A stretch of DNA of 64,000 nucleotides from a virus. The stretch is from positions 1 to 64,000 of IMG/VR virus record IMGVR_UViG_3300032285_001029; one strand, written 5' to 3'. This document shows, piece after piece, positions 17,444-26,948 of this stretch. The notes beneath the pieces were generated by a model. The model was given only the letters and a program-made list of their open reading frames with translations. It ran no database searches and was not told the origin of the DNA. Made by a program: the position numbers and the translations under genes. Position 1 is the stretch's first letter; each line of letters opens with the position of its first letter.

Positions 17444-17821
17444 ATGGCGAAACTCCGAGGACAAGTAGAACAAAATCTCCCCTTTATTTCGGTACTAAAC
17501 TACGGTGAAAACGAGTATATTGGCATTATAATAAATCAAGACCAATATGTAACTAGTTTTTACGATTTAAATGCCATACATTCCGCCGACGAGAAAAAGC
17601 TATTTTTAGAAATTGGCGAAACTTGGTGGTGGGAAAGTAACAGACAGTTTCCGATATCTATTTTCTGCAGAGATCAAATACAGCCCTTTTCTTATGCTAT
17701 TAAAACATTTAACAGTAAAGATGTAAGGATTATACTAGGGCCAGTAGTAAATTTAATGAATCTTACCTTAAAGCGAGTAAAGAGGAAAAGTGTTCAATTG
17801 ATGCGAACTCCTCCAAAGTAA
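17444..17821 (+). CDS. Hypothetical protein (WWWESNR motif)
   Basis: Start adjusted to MAKLRGQ; perfect TATAAATA at 17391-17398. Confidence 0.65.
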   Translation: MAKLRGQVEQNLPFISVLNYGENEYIGIIINQDQYVTSFYDLNAIHSADEKKLFLEIGETWWWESNRQFPISIFCRDQIQPFSYAIKTFNSKDVRIILGPVVNLMNLTLKRVKRKSVQLMRTPPK

Positions 17822-17824
17822 TTT

Positions 17825-18391
17825 CTAAATACCTTCGCAAATTAAGTTCATGTGAACAATAATTAAATGAGCATAAGCAATAGCATGTGCTTTTTTAAAA
17901 TAATACTCATCATTCGTGGGTTTTGTCCAGACTTCTTCCATTATCGTAGTCCAATCTTTCCCAATCAAATATCTCTTCGCTGGGCGAATCATTGCTAGGA
18001 CCGCAGCTAATTGTTCCACAGAAGTAGGGCAACATTTTTTCAGAATTCCATCGTGGCCATTCAAATGAAATAGTAGATCGACGAAGTCTTTTTGTTGTAA
18101 TAGTTCCCATAAAGGTTCAGTCTCCATTAATTTTAATAAATGTCCTCTGTCACGGACATGTTCATAGACATTAACATTAAGAAAGTCTATTTTAAAATAA
18201 CCTCTATTTTCGGCGTCTTTATAATCAATTGTACTTATGTTTGTAATCGGATTATAGGGAATAGAAGTGCAATAGATACCAGTATTATGCTTTTTAAAAT
18301 TACCAGTTTGATCTTTTATTGCCGCAACAACGTGCTTGATTTTATCAAGTGCAATAGTTCTATCTGCAAAATCTATATCAATATCTGGCAT
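17825..18391 (-). CDS. dnaE: Miniature DNA polymerase III alpha (DnaE)-like catalytic core
   Basis: PDIDIDF, KHNTG, GYFKIDFL, LAMIRP, YFKKAHAIAY in DnaE order within 188 aa. Confidence 0.85.
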   Translation of the reverse strand: MPDIDIDFADRTIALDKIKHVVAAIKDQTGNFKKHNTGIYCTSIPYNPITNISTIDYKDAENRGYFKIDFLNVNVYEHVRDRGHLLKLMETEPLWELLQQKDFVDLLFHLNGHDGILKKCCPTSVEQLAAVLAMIRPAKRYLIGKDWTTIMEEVWTKPTNDEYYFKKAHAIAYAHLIIVHMNLICEGI

Positions 18392-18573
18392 TAGTGTTTG
18401 ACGCTGGATTCAAATAATAAAAAGGGTAAATTCTCGGCAAGATAATCTGCATAGTTTTCTGCATCTTCCATTTCTTCAAATCCAGATAATTTAACATATA
18501 TGGATAAATCTTCTTCACTAACAATTACTTCTAAATCTAAAGGAATTTTTCCTTCTGTATCTTGATGCATCAT
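18391..18573 (-). CDS. Small acidic hypothetical protein
   Basis: 60 aa, start/stop overlaps with both neighbours. Confidence 0.6.
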   Translation of the reverse strand: MMHQDTEGKIPLDLEVIVSEEDLSIYVKLSGFEEMEDAENYADYLAENLPFLLFESSVKH

Positions 18574-19265
18574 ATTTTAGATTCCTTGACAATGTCTTTT
18601 ACTAATTCTACGTCATCTGGCAATTTTTTAAATTTAGCTAGCCAGAATGGAAGATCCAAAATTGTACTTACTGATGACAACTGTTCATCATTAAGCTTCT
18701 TTAATAAATCTTTACCATTATTACTATTTAATATTAGCCAAGGACTAATCTTTCCATCTTTGATATCGAATGTAGCTCTACTTAAACTTACATATAAAAA
18801 ATAATGATTCCAAAGAACATTGTTAGTTTCGCCCCAACTCATCATGTGTTTAATACTGCGTTCTAATGCAGTTTCAACTAATTCTTTTTTAATCAATTCT
18901 ACCACATATTTGTCATACAACTCGTCTCTGCACCAATGATCTAGTTTAACACCTGAAGTAACAATATAATTAATGAATTTGTCAGGGTATAAGGGGTCAA
19001 CATTGCTAACAAAGCTGCCAAATTTGACAAAAGCATTATAGTAAGGACTACGGGCAAATTCCTCATAGGTTTTATTACCGTTAAAATTTTGATTAATCTT
19101 ATAAAACTGATTAAATGTTTCAAATCCTATTAGCACATGCTTCTCGCTCTTTGCTAATGCTCTGCGCTTCTGTTCGCAAACATGTACAAACAAAGTTTTT
19201 TCTTTACTAAAAGAATGATTACAATACTGACAAACAAATAGTTGAGTCGACACTAGTTTAATCAC
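18570..19265 (-). CDS. Hypothetical protein with N-terminal zinc finger
   Basis: CQYC...F.....L..HVC. Confidence 0.65.
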   Translation of the reverse strand: MIKLVSTQLFVCQYCNHSFSKEKTLFVHVCEQKRRALAKSEKHVLIGFETFNQFYKINQNFNGNKTYEEFARSPYYNAFVKFGSFVSNVDPLYPDKFINYIVTSGVKLDHWCRDELYDKYVVELIKKELVETALERSIKHMMSWGETNNVLWNHYFLYVSLSRATFDIKDGKISPWLILNSNNGKDLLKKLNDEQLSSVSTILDLPFWLAKFKKLPDDVELVKDIVKESKI

Positions 19266-19753
19266 TATAAAATCTTTTTAATTGTAGCATGGTCCATACC
19301 GTGCCCTAATGCCAATTCTTTTACTTCTGCGTCTGTCATTAGTTTTGATAATAGTTCAATGTCTTCGAGTTTCTGTGTCAGGTATACTGTTTTTAAAAAC
19401 TCAATTTTTTTTGAGCTAGGCCTTCTATGAGGAATGTATTCATGACGAAATACAGTCTTGTTATCGTAACTGCACATGCATAGTAGCATCCACAATAACT
19501 TGCTATGATCGCGCTGTAGTGCAAACCAATTTTTATTGTAATATTCGTTAACGGTTAATACAAAGTGTTCTAACACGTCACGATTATTTGATTGGACACA
19601 ACTAATCCATCGAATAAGAACGAATAGATTATTTTTTAATTTTTTTCGACCATCTTCGTCTAGAGCATCCCAATACTCGCGGATGTTCGTATCAGCAGCC
19701 GGAATATGCTCATCAAATAAAATTGTATCTTTTTCTTTTTTTACTTTAGTCAT
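19265..19753 (-). CDS. Hypothetical protein, possibly clamp-loader small subunit (gp62-like)
   Basis: 162-aa helical protein in the replication block; F...RW.S and N...N pattern only weakly reminiscent of gp62. Confidence 0.35.
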   Translation of the reverse strand: MTKVKKEKDTILFDEHIPAADTNIREYWDALDEDGRKKLKNNLFVLIRWISCVQSNNRDVLEHFVLTVNEYYNKNWFALQRDHSKLLWMLLCMCSYDNKTVFRHEYIPHRRPSSKKIEFLKTVYLTQKLEDIELLSKLMTDAEVKELALGHGMDHATIKKIL

Positions 19754-20372
19754 TTTTTGGTCTTAATACTGCATCAAATGCTAATACAGTTCTATATCCC
19801 GTTCCCTTCCACGGATATACTGTGTGTTGAAGATAGCTTGGAAATACAATAACTGTTCCAGGTGTAGGAGAATATCGCATTTTATCATTCATAACAAACT
19901 TAGTTATATCCTTTGTTTGTGGTAATGCAAATAAAACTTGACCGTCAGATGTATCGCTTTCGGGTTCTAAATCCGGCGCACTAATGTAAACATTTCCGCT
20001 TATGTTGCCACCGGGATGACTATGCATTTCTTGATATTGTCCAGGTTCTTGACGAATTGTCCAAATACTAGTAATTACAGGTTTACAATAGTCTAAATCC
20101 TCTGTTCCACATTGAGTGGTAACTAGTTTCATATAGCCATAACAAATGCTTTCTAAATAATTTACAAGCCAATTTATGTCTAAGTTTAACTCATTAGGAT
20201 ATACTTGTATCTGCTGTCCTCCTCGAATACTAATCTGAGGATTTCCTGAATCGTTAAGTTCAGGATGTTTATGAAGATCTTCTACTAAGTTAAAAATTTG
20301 ACTAAATTCCAAAGGCGGAACATCATCGATCGCCATTACAATTGGCTGAAAATAAGCTACTCTAAATGCCAT
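19746..20372 (-). CDS. 2OG-Fe(II) oxygenase superfamily protein
   Basis: W......G.YQEMHSH...ISG.VY, PGTVIVFPSYLQHTV, R.VLAF. Confidence 0.85.
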   Translation of the reverse strand: MAFRVAYFQPIVMAIDDVPPLEFSQIFNLVEDLHKHPELNDSGNPQISIRGGQQIQVYPNELNLDINWLVNYLESICYGYMKLVTTQCGTEDLDYCKPVITSIWTIRQEPGQYQEMHSHPGGNISGNVYISAPDLEPESDTSDGQVLFALPQTKDITKFVMNDKMRYSPTPGTVIVFPSYLQHTVYPWKGTGYRTVLAFDAVLRPKND

Positions 20373-20377
20373 TATTA

Positions 20378-20620
20378 CTACTCCTTACTTAGGTTGTATA
20401 TCATTATAGCACGGTCTAATGCTTTTTGCAAGGTAATATTGTCCTTTGCTTTTTGACGAATATCATGCCACATTTGATTTTCTCTTATCTCGTCAATTGC
20501 TGCGCGAGTTTTTTGATCCATTCCGACTATTGTACGATCAGTAGAGCCGAATTCTCTAGCATACGTAACACCGTCTGCTTTTTCATATATATAAGTTGCA
20601 CCTGGTTTAAGCTGTCCCAT
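20378..20620 (-). CDS. Hypothetical protein
   Basis: 80 aa, YIYE..DGVTYARE.G motif, coupled to upstream gene. Confidence 0.65.
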   Translation of the reverse strand: MGQLKPGATYIYEKADGVTYAREFGSTDRTIVGMDQKTRAAIDEIRENQMWHDIRQKAKDNITLQKALDRAIMIYNLSKE

Positions 20621-21126
20621 TATAGTAATTTGTCTAGTTGTATTATTTCACTTTGTCGGCTAATCTCTTTGACAAAATAAGCACAACTCGGTTTCTCAAT
20701 ATCTTCTGTAGGTACTGCTAGTAGCTGTCCATTCTTCATTTTAGGAAAATACCACCTAACATCATTGTAAAAATTTACAATTTCTATTTTTTTAAATTCT
20801 ATTCTAAAGCTACTTAGTGGGTTGAATACTAGTGCCTCAAATCCTCTGTCATTAAGACTAGTCAGTGGTAAGATTTCAATATCGCTAGAGCTACTACTAT
20901 CTCCTACAGCAATACTCCAATCTATAGGCATTGTTACTTCATTATCGCCTATTTTTAGTACCATTGCAGGAGCATTAAAACTTTCTAAAAATACCAAAGG
21001 CATAAAGTAGAAATCTGGTTCCCTTGGATCTGCATTGTCTAGTACTGCGAATCTTGTATTATCGTCAACTTCGTCTGGTAAATTGTTTAGTGAAAACGGT
21101 TTATTATCTAATGTTAAAATCTTCAT
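20620..21126 (-). CDS. Hypothetical protein (possible degenerate Hint fold)
   Basis: Start adjusted to MKILTLDN; beta-rich pattern. Confidence 0.6.
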   Translation of the reverse strand: MKILTLDNKPFSLNNLPDEVDDNTRFAVLDNADPREPDFYFMPLVFLESFNAPAMVLKIGDNEVTMPIDWSIAVGDSSSSSDIEILPLTSLNDRGFEALVFNPLSSFRIEFKKIEIVNFYNDVRWYFPKMKNGQLLAVPTEDIEKPSCAYFVKEISRQSEIIQLDKLL

Positions 21127-21137
21127 AATCTTTATTT

Positions 21138-22604
21138 TTATTTTTGCCAATCCGTTTTTTCAATCTTAAACGGGTATTTGGCTTCGGAATAAAACTTCTT
21201 CCGTTCCGTGAGGTGACGTTTAGCGTATTTACAGGTGGAAGTGATATCCCAGATTTGTACGAAGTCTTTGTCTTCAGCCTTGCGGATACCTCGGCCAATA
21301 GATTGGATAACTCTAACAAAGCTTTTTCCGGGCTCCAAAAGAACCAGATTAAAAATCCGAGGAATATTAATACCCACAGCGGCCACACCATAAGTCGCCA
21401 CAGTAATCTTTTTATCGCTAGTTGCATGTTCTTTATATTCCTCTTTCCTCTTGGATCCTTTAACTTCGCCTGATATAAACACAGCGTCTTCTATTATTTC
21501 TGTTAAAAATTTGCCTGAATCAATCCTGTTTACTAGTACTAGTGTGTTGCCTGTTTCTGCTATTATTTTAACAAGATTACTGATATATGTCATTCTTTTT
21601 TTATCAGTAACTAGATATTTTAATTCTTCTGGATAACTTTTAAATTCTTTTAAATCTATTAATTGTTTAATATCAACATGGCATTTAGATAATATTCCCA
21701 TGTCTTGCAGCTGATGTGCTTTAATGCCGCCAACTAATGGACCAATACTTAAAAATATGCTTTCTGACTCTAATTCAACCTTAGGTATTGTGCCTGTAAG
21801 ACCCCAACGTATTGGTGAATTGCAAAGATTATGTGTAAGTAAGTTTTTTAAAACATCTGCTTTTGCCATGTGTACTTCGTCGACAATTACAGTTGAAACT
21901 CCGTCTAAAAATTCTGCTAAAGTTAAAATTTCAGTCTCACTTGACTTAGATTTTTTGTCTAAAATGTTTAAACTTTGCCATGTACAAATAGTATGAGTTT
22001 TATTCAGGACCTTTCTATCTCCATAATAAACTCCAACATCTAGGCCTACATTAACAAAATCTTCTTCTGTTTGCGATACTAAATCTTTATTAGGAACAAT
22101 TATAATTACACGACCATACGGTTCACAAAGATGTGCCATTGTAGCTGTCATAATAGTTTTTCCAGCACCTGTAGCAACTTCCTGTAAACTTTGCGGATTT
22201 TCTAAGAATCGATTTACAACTTCGACTTGGTCATCGCGTAGTACAATAGGTTGCCCAGCAAAGCGATGATCATCGGGCCAAACTTTACCTTGATCGGCCC
22301 AGTAAGTCGGTGTAATTTTTTGAAAAACTAATTTGTGAGGTATTCTTCTATCGTCAATTTCTTCGATTTCTACCCCAGAACTACTTAGTATTCCTAATAC
22401 TTTTTCTAATTGATTTAGATACCCATTTCCTCCTAGACCAAATAGAGTTTTTGTTCCATCGCCTCTACCTAATTTTACATGTGGAAGATACCTTGCATAA
22501 GGTATTTCATACTTGAATGCGTTAACTAGTTTTTTTCTTACATCAAGAGGTAAATTTTCAATTTTTATATTAACTTCGTCTTTGATTACTAACTTGATAG
22601 CCAT
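21138..22604 (-). CDS. uvsW: Superfamily 2 DNA helicase (UvsW-like)
   Basis: LRDDQ, ATGAGKT, DEVH, GLTGT, GINIP, QSIGRGIR. Confidence 0.92.
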   Translation of the reverse strand: MAIKLVIKDEVNIKIENLPLDVRKKLVNAFKYEIPYARYLPHVKLGRGDGTKTLFGLGGNGYLNQLEKVLGILSSSGVEIEEIDDRRIPHKLVFQKITPTYWADQGKVWPDDHRFAGQPIVLRDDQVEVVNRFLENPQSLQEVATGAGKTIMTATMAHLCEPYGRVIIIVPNKDLVSQTEEDFVNVGLDVGVYYGDRKVLNKTHTICTWQSLNILDKKSKSSETEILTLAEFLDGVSTVIVDEVHMAKADVLKNLLTHNLCNSPIRWGLTGTIPKVELESESIFLSIGPLVGGIKAHQLQDMGILSKCHVDIKQLIDLKEFKSYPEELKYLVTDKKRMTYISNLVKIIAETGNTLVLVNRIDSGKFLTEIIEDAVFISGEVKGSKRKEEYKEHATSDKKITVATYGVAAVGINIPRIFNLVLLEPGKSFVRVIQSIGRGIRKAEDKDFVQIWDITSTCKYAKRHLTERKKFYSEAKYPFKIEKTDWQK

Positions 22605-23794
22605 TTTATAAACCTTAGATTTTCCAGTGGTTCTTTATCAGTATACATTGCAACTAGATCGCAAGACTCTAAGAATACTGCTGTTTTATTATTATTCAAG
22701 TGATTACATAAAGAAATCACACTCATAGGTGTCCAGTTATTTTTTAGGAAAAATTTAGGTATTTTTCCGCTCTGTACACCTACTACTTTTGTATGTTTGT
22801 TTAACTGTTTATTGTACTGTTTTTGTGCTATGAGTTGATTAAATTCTTTACCAATCTCAGTATTTTCTAATCTGAAGTAAATGCCAATATCGTCAAAAAT
22901 ACCAAGTTTTTCAAGAGATTGATTTAAATTTTTCAAATTTTCGAGGCATCTTGCAGCATCGTAAGAATCGAATACTATCATAACTGGAAATCTTCTAAGT
23001 TCGATTAAAGATGATAAAGTGTCGATAATTGAATGCTTTTGACTATTGATCCAAAAATGTGAATTTTCACGGGTTGCAATCAAATTAGTCAAATTTTGGT
23101 CATTTTTTTCGGAAAAATTTGAAAAAAGTTGATATCGCAATGACCTATCCATCATGAGTGTTTCGTTGACAAACTCTAATGGTAATTCTTCTAAAAATTT
23201 TTCTGAAAATCTTTTATTGTCAAATCTGTCTATTGCAAAATTCGCAGAAAAATCGGATTTTTCCCAAGATTTTATGGTGTTATAGTGATCTAACAAATCT
23301 GCCCGAATGTCAAACTTATAATCTTGTAAATGTTCGACAACAGCAACAAGATTCTTTTCATTCATAGAACAATACTGTTGTTTTTTATTAGTAGCCTTGG
23401 TAAGTAGCTTAACTTTAGCATCTAATTTTGCAAATATTTTCCTATTTTCGGAAGAATACTGAGATTCTATCACTAATAGTAAAGAACCATATTCATCGGT
23501 TTCGGAATATATTTTTTTAGTTTCAAATATTGGTCGAAAAGGTTTTGACCAAGTAGGATTTTTAAGAGCTGTTTCTAATTCTTCGGAAAATTTAGAGAAT
23601 TGCTTTATATAAATTTTCAGAATTTTAAGTAAAAGCTTAGATTGACTTTCTGTAATGAAACTTGAATTAGTTACGCTCTGAGATAGATTATGTAAAACTT
23701 TAAAATCTTTTTTTGAAATAAATTTAATGTCTTCGCCCGGTAAAGTGAGCGAGGACATTATTTTTACTAATAATAAATCCACTGTTGTTGTCAT
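22589..23794 (-). CDS. Hypothetical protein
   Basis: About 400 aa; start set at MTTTVD, 6 nt after a consensus -10. Confidence 0.65.
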   Translation of the reverse strand: MTTTVDLLLVKIMSSLTLPGEDIKFISKKDFKVLHNLSQSVTNSSFITESQSKLLLKILKIYIKQFSKFSEELETALKNPTWSKPFRPIFETKKIYSETDEYGSLLLVIESQYSSENRKIFAKLDAKVKLLTKATNKKQQYCSMNEKNLVAVVEHLQDYKFDIRADLLDHYNTIKSWEKSDFSANFAIDRFDNKRFSEKFLEELPLEFVNETLMMDRSLRYQLFSNFSEKNDQNLTNLIATRENSHFWINSQKHSIIDTLSSLIELRRFPVMIVFDSYDAARCLENLKNLNQSLEKLGIFDDIGIYFRLENTEIGKEFNQLIAQKQYNKQLNKHTKVVGVQSGKIPKFFLKNNWTPMSVISLCNHLNNNKTAVFLESCDLVAMYTDKEPLENLRFIKWLSS

Positions 23795-23800
23795 ATATGT

Positions 23801-23829
23801 ATTATACAATTAATATAACAGCAAGTCAA
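23801..23829 (-). promoter_or_regulatory. Sigma70 promoter, probably leaderless mRNA
   Basis: TTGACT-17 nt-TATAAT-6 nt-ATG. Confidence 0.85.
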
Positions 23830-23843
23830 CAGTAAATTTAATT

Positions 23844-24299
23844 TTATATCGATGCGTCTTCCATTCCGGCAACACGTAATTTAATAATATTCGTAATTTG
23901 CCACTGTTTTTGATCTAATGCTTTAGTTATACCCAACCATTTATTTCGTAGCAAGGCAAATTCGTTGATTATTTTTTCAAAATCAACTACATCTGCCTCG
24001 CCATCTACAAATTTTTCACAATCTCTTGAACTTAATGATCTTTGATAGTTTTCTAGGTATTTTCGAAAATGTTGACTTTTGAGTCGTCGTAATTCTATGT
24101 TAAGATACTCTAAAATTGCTTCAATTTCTTGCAGTTGACCAAATCTTTGCTCTACAATACCTGGCATTCCTGCTGCTGCTTTTTCAATATTTCCCATTAT
24201 GCGGCATTCAGCTTTTGCAACTAATAACTCGGCATTAAAAAAGTCTACCGCATCGGGAATAAAGGAAATATCTTTTGAAACCTTAGAGTACCAACCCAT
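23844..24299 (-). CDS. uvsY: Recombination mediator UvsY-like
   Basis: Helical 151 aa, Y...LSSRD.EKFVDGE, KALDQKQWQI.NII; near uvsX. Confidence 0.75.
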   Translation of the reverse strand: MGWYSKVSKDISFIPDAVDFFNAELLVAKAECRIMGNIEKAAAGMPGIVEQRFGQLQEIEAILEYLNIELRRLKSQHFRKYLENYQRSLSSRDCEKFVDGEADVVDFEKIINEFALLRNKWLGITKALDQKQWQITNIIKLRVAGMEDASI

Positions 24300-24535
24300 T
24301 AGAAGTCCAATTCTTTAAGATCATCTTCTTCATCGTCACTATCTTCATCAAGATAGTATTCGATAGCTTGATCGAGCACAGGATCTACACCGGTAGCATT
24401 TTGTAGCACTCTATCACTGACGTCAAAGTCAGCTAATAAATCTACATATCGCTCTGCTACGGCTTCTGACTGCTTTTTATCAATAAATTCACTAAAAAGC
24501 ATCCAGATATCACCAATTTGTGTTTCATTCAACAT
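24299..24535 (-). CDS. Acidic hypothetical protein
   Basis: 78 aa between uvsX and uvsY, acidic tail. Confidence 0.65.
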   Translation of the reverse strand: MLNETQIGDIWMLFSEFIDKKQSEAVAERYVDLLADFDVSDRVLQNATGVDPVLDQAIEYYLDEDSDDEEDDLKELDF

Positions 24536-25583
24536 GTTCTTCAGTCTCCTCAGGAATAGTAGGTGTTGTTATAGGTGTGATATGAAAATTCTTCATTATC
24601 ATATCTAATTTATCATCTTTCCATTCTTTTCGGTAGAATTTATGTGCTTCTCCCGTGACCGGATCAACCCATTCTAACCTATTACCTGACTGTTTTAATA
24701 ATCCTGCCTTTTCAAACATGTCTACTAATCCACTATAAGGATTCATACCTGTTTCATATGGAATTTTAACCTGAAGTGATTCGAAAGGTTTAGCGTAACG
24801 TGTTTTCATAATCTTACAAGCGGCACGAATACCGTTTACTTCTGAAACTTTGTTACCATCTTCATCTTCTTTTAGTTTCAATTTTTTCATTGCTACAACA
24901 ATACTGCTTGCATAGACAAATCCTTGTCCACCGCTGATTTTATCATCAGGATCAAACATATCTTGACTTGCATAAGTATGATTAGTAGCAACTAAACCAA
25001 CATTGTAGTTACCAAACATATTCACACAATTACGTACAAGTGCTGTAAGTGCTTTTGGCTTGCGTCCCATATCACCTTTGAGATCACCTGCCTCAAACTG
25101 ATTAACATCGGTAGGTGTTAATAACATACCAAGACTATCTATGACAAAAAGCACCTTTGGACGCTCCTCCATGGCTTTATATTCTTTCATGAATTCGTTG
25201 ATAGTTTTAGCAACGTCATCAATCATAGCCATATTCAGTTTGAGTAGTTTATCTTCACTTGTATCGACACCTAGTGCATGTAGCCATTTTTCATCAAGTG
25301 CATTTTCACTGTCAATTAAGATACAGTAAATTCCTTGTGCTTGTGCGTTCTTGATAATATTACCAGAACAGATATATGACTTACCAGCACCTGACTCGCC
25401 GGCAAATACAGTAACTTTACCTAGTGGAACACCTTTGTTAAAGTCTCCACTAATCAGATAATTCAATGCATAATTACCTGTGCTGATCCAATCTGTTGGA
25501 TCATTGAACCCTACACCAAGTCCGTCAATTGACTTAGTTAGTGTCTTTCTAAATTTTGATAAATCGAATGCCTTAGTAGCCAT
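24525..25583 (-). CDS. uvsX: RecA-like recombinase UvsX
   Basis: ISTG, GESGAGKS, IDSENA, VIDSLG, NHTY, SGG, KTR. Confidence 0.95.
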   Translation of the reverse strand: MATKAFDLSKFRKTLTKSIDGLGVGFNDPTDWISTGNYALNYLISGDFNKGVPLGKVTVFAGESGAGKSYICSGNIIKNAQAQGIYCILIDSENALDEKWLHALGVDTSEDKLLKLNMAMIDDVAKTINEFMKEYKAMEERPKVLFVIDSLGMLLTPTDVNQFEAGDLKGDMGRKPKALTALVRNCVNMFGNYNVGLVATNHTYASQDMFDPDDKISGGQGFVYASSIVVAMKKLKLKEDEDGNKVSEVNGIRAACKIMKTRYAKPFESLQVKIPYETGMNPYSGLVDMFEKAGLLKQSGNRLEWVDPVTGEAHKFYRKEWKDDKLDMIMKNFHITPITTPTIPEETEEHVE

Positions 25584-25771
25584 TATGATAACTCCATACT
25601 GTTATACTCTTTAATTATATCGATTAACTCTTCTTCCGTATTACAGAGGATTTTTGCAGTAACCCAATCATCAACATAATTTCTGCCATTGATTTCTACC
25701 ATAAATCCATTATCGTAACGATTGATTGTAAATGAATCGTTAACTTTACTTAATTTGTTTAATTTTGTCAT
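25583..25771 (-). CDS. Small hypothetical protein
   Basis: Start adjusted to MTKLNKL (AGGAG RBS); I.RYDNGF.V motif. Confidence 0.65.
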   Translation of the reverse strand: MTKLNKLSKVNDSFTINRYDNGFMVEINGRNYVDDWVTAKILCNTEEELIDIIKEYNSMELS

Positions 25772-25842
25772 GATTATTCTCCTAATAGATATAAGAACCC
25801 GAGCGTGTGACTGAGTCACAGAGGCTCGAGCTATATTTGTTA

Positions 25843-26805
25843 TTACTTCTGACGATTGCGAATCATTGCCAAGATATCTTGAGCTTTGCTATCGCCGCTA
25901 GCAGCACTAGCAACGTTAACACCTTTAGAAGGTGCCACGGGCTCATCATCCATGTCTTCAACGGAAGTAGTTTTAGGAGTGTCTTTGTTAGGATCACCAG
26001 TATTTTGACTTATACCGGCTGGTTTGTAGTATTGACCCCATTTTTCCATATCATAAGGTTCACCATCGACGCTGGCTTTAAACATATCATAAATGATAGC
26101 AAGCTCTGTTTCATTTGGTTTCTTAGGTAGGAAATCATCTAATTTGAATAAACCGTATTGTGCAATAGCTGCCTGTTCTGCATCATTTAATGGACGCTCA
26201 CGACGTGCCCAGTTTGATGTTGAGTAGTCAGCATAACCGCCTTTGCTGGTTTTTTTCATACGGAAATCGATGCCATGAACATAGTCAGTTGGCAAATCTT
26301 CTAGATCTGGATCAACTAATGCTCCACGGATTAGATTGTAAATCTGAGGTCCAATAATAAATCTACGAATTGGATTTTCTGGTTGTTCTTCCGATTTTTC
26401 CTTAAGACCGTCTTCAACAACAAATCCTTGGAAAATATAACTACGCTTTTTCCAATATTTACGACCCATATCTTCTAATGATTTATCTTTAAACCATGTA
26501 CGTACTTCGGTAAGGATTGGACAAGCTGTGCCATCGTTGTACATTTCTACACAAGGTACTTGTACTGTGATGTTTTCTGCTTCGGATTTGTCTTTGATTC
26601 CAGCGAAAGGCAATTTAATCATTGCACGTTCAACCCAGAAGAAAGAATTTTTGTCGTTGCCATCGGGCAAGAAACGAAGGGTTGCTTCTTCACCTTCTTT
26701 GAGATTCCAGAACGGATAAATTGATTTATCTCCGCCTGTTTTGTTTTCTGTACTACGTTCAGATGCCTTAAGTTTTGCTCGAATTTCTGCTAAAGTAATT
26801 GCCAT
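25843..26805 (-). CDS. Single-stranded DNA-binding protein (T4 gp32-like)
   Basis: LRFLPD, C......CP, YWKK, IG.QI, GIDF..KK...GGYADYS.S, acidic tail; AGGAG RBS. Confidence 0.9.
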   Translation of the reverse strand: MAITLAEIRAKLKASERSTENKTGGDKSIYPFWNLKEGEEATLRFLPDGNDKNSFFWVERAMIKLPFAGIKDKSEAENITVQVPCVEMYNDGTACPILTEVRTWFKDKSLEDMGRKYWKKRSYIFQGFVVEDGLKEKSEEQPENPIRRFIIGPQIYNLIRGALVDPDLEDLPTDYVHGIDFRMKKTSKGGYADYSTSNWARRERPLNDAEQAAIAQYGLFKLDDFLPKKPNETELAIIYDMFKASVDGEPYDMEKWGQYYKPAGISQNTGDPNKDTPKTTSVEDMDDEPVAPSKGVNVASAASGDSKAQDILAMIRNRQK

Positions 26806-26883
26806 AATTATTCTCCTTTATTAGCCTTTATTGTTTGCCTTATATGCTTAGAACCTACTAAGCAAAAACGCATACATTGTTAA

Positions 26884-26912
26884 ATTGTATGCGTTCTTAT
26901 TTATAATTGCAA
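26884..26912 (-). promoter_or_regulatory. Overlapping sigma70 and late promoters of the SSB gene
   Basis: TTGCAA-17 nt-TACAAT with TATAAATA (26898-26905) inside the spacer. Confidence 0.7.
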
Positions 26913-26948
26913 GAAAAATAATACCCTAAAATAGGTATTTTTGCCTTT

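Noticed and set aside
17825-18391. dnaE pseudogene
   Set aside because: Intact frame, all catalytic motifs retained, and multiple clean internal deletions rather than a truncation
21104-21473. Alternative-frame ORFs inside uvsW, one with a hydrophobic holin-like N-terminus
   Set aside because: Nested in conserved helicase motifs, non-ATG start, no RBS or lysis context
25800-25828. Hairpin between the SSB gene and the next ORF as a terminator or ncRNA
   Set aside because: No convincing U-tract and too short; at most an mRNA-stabilising stem
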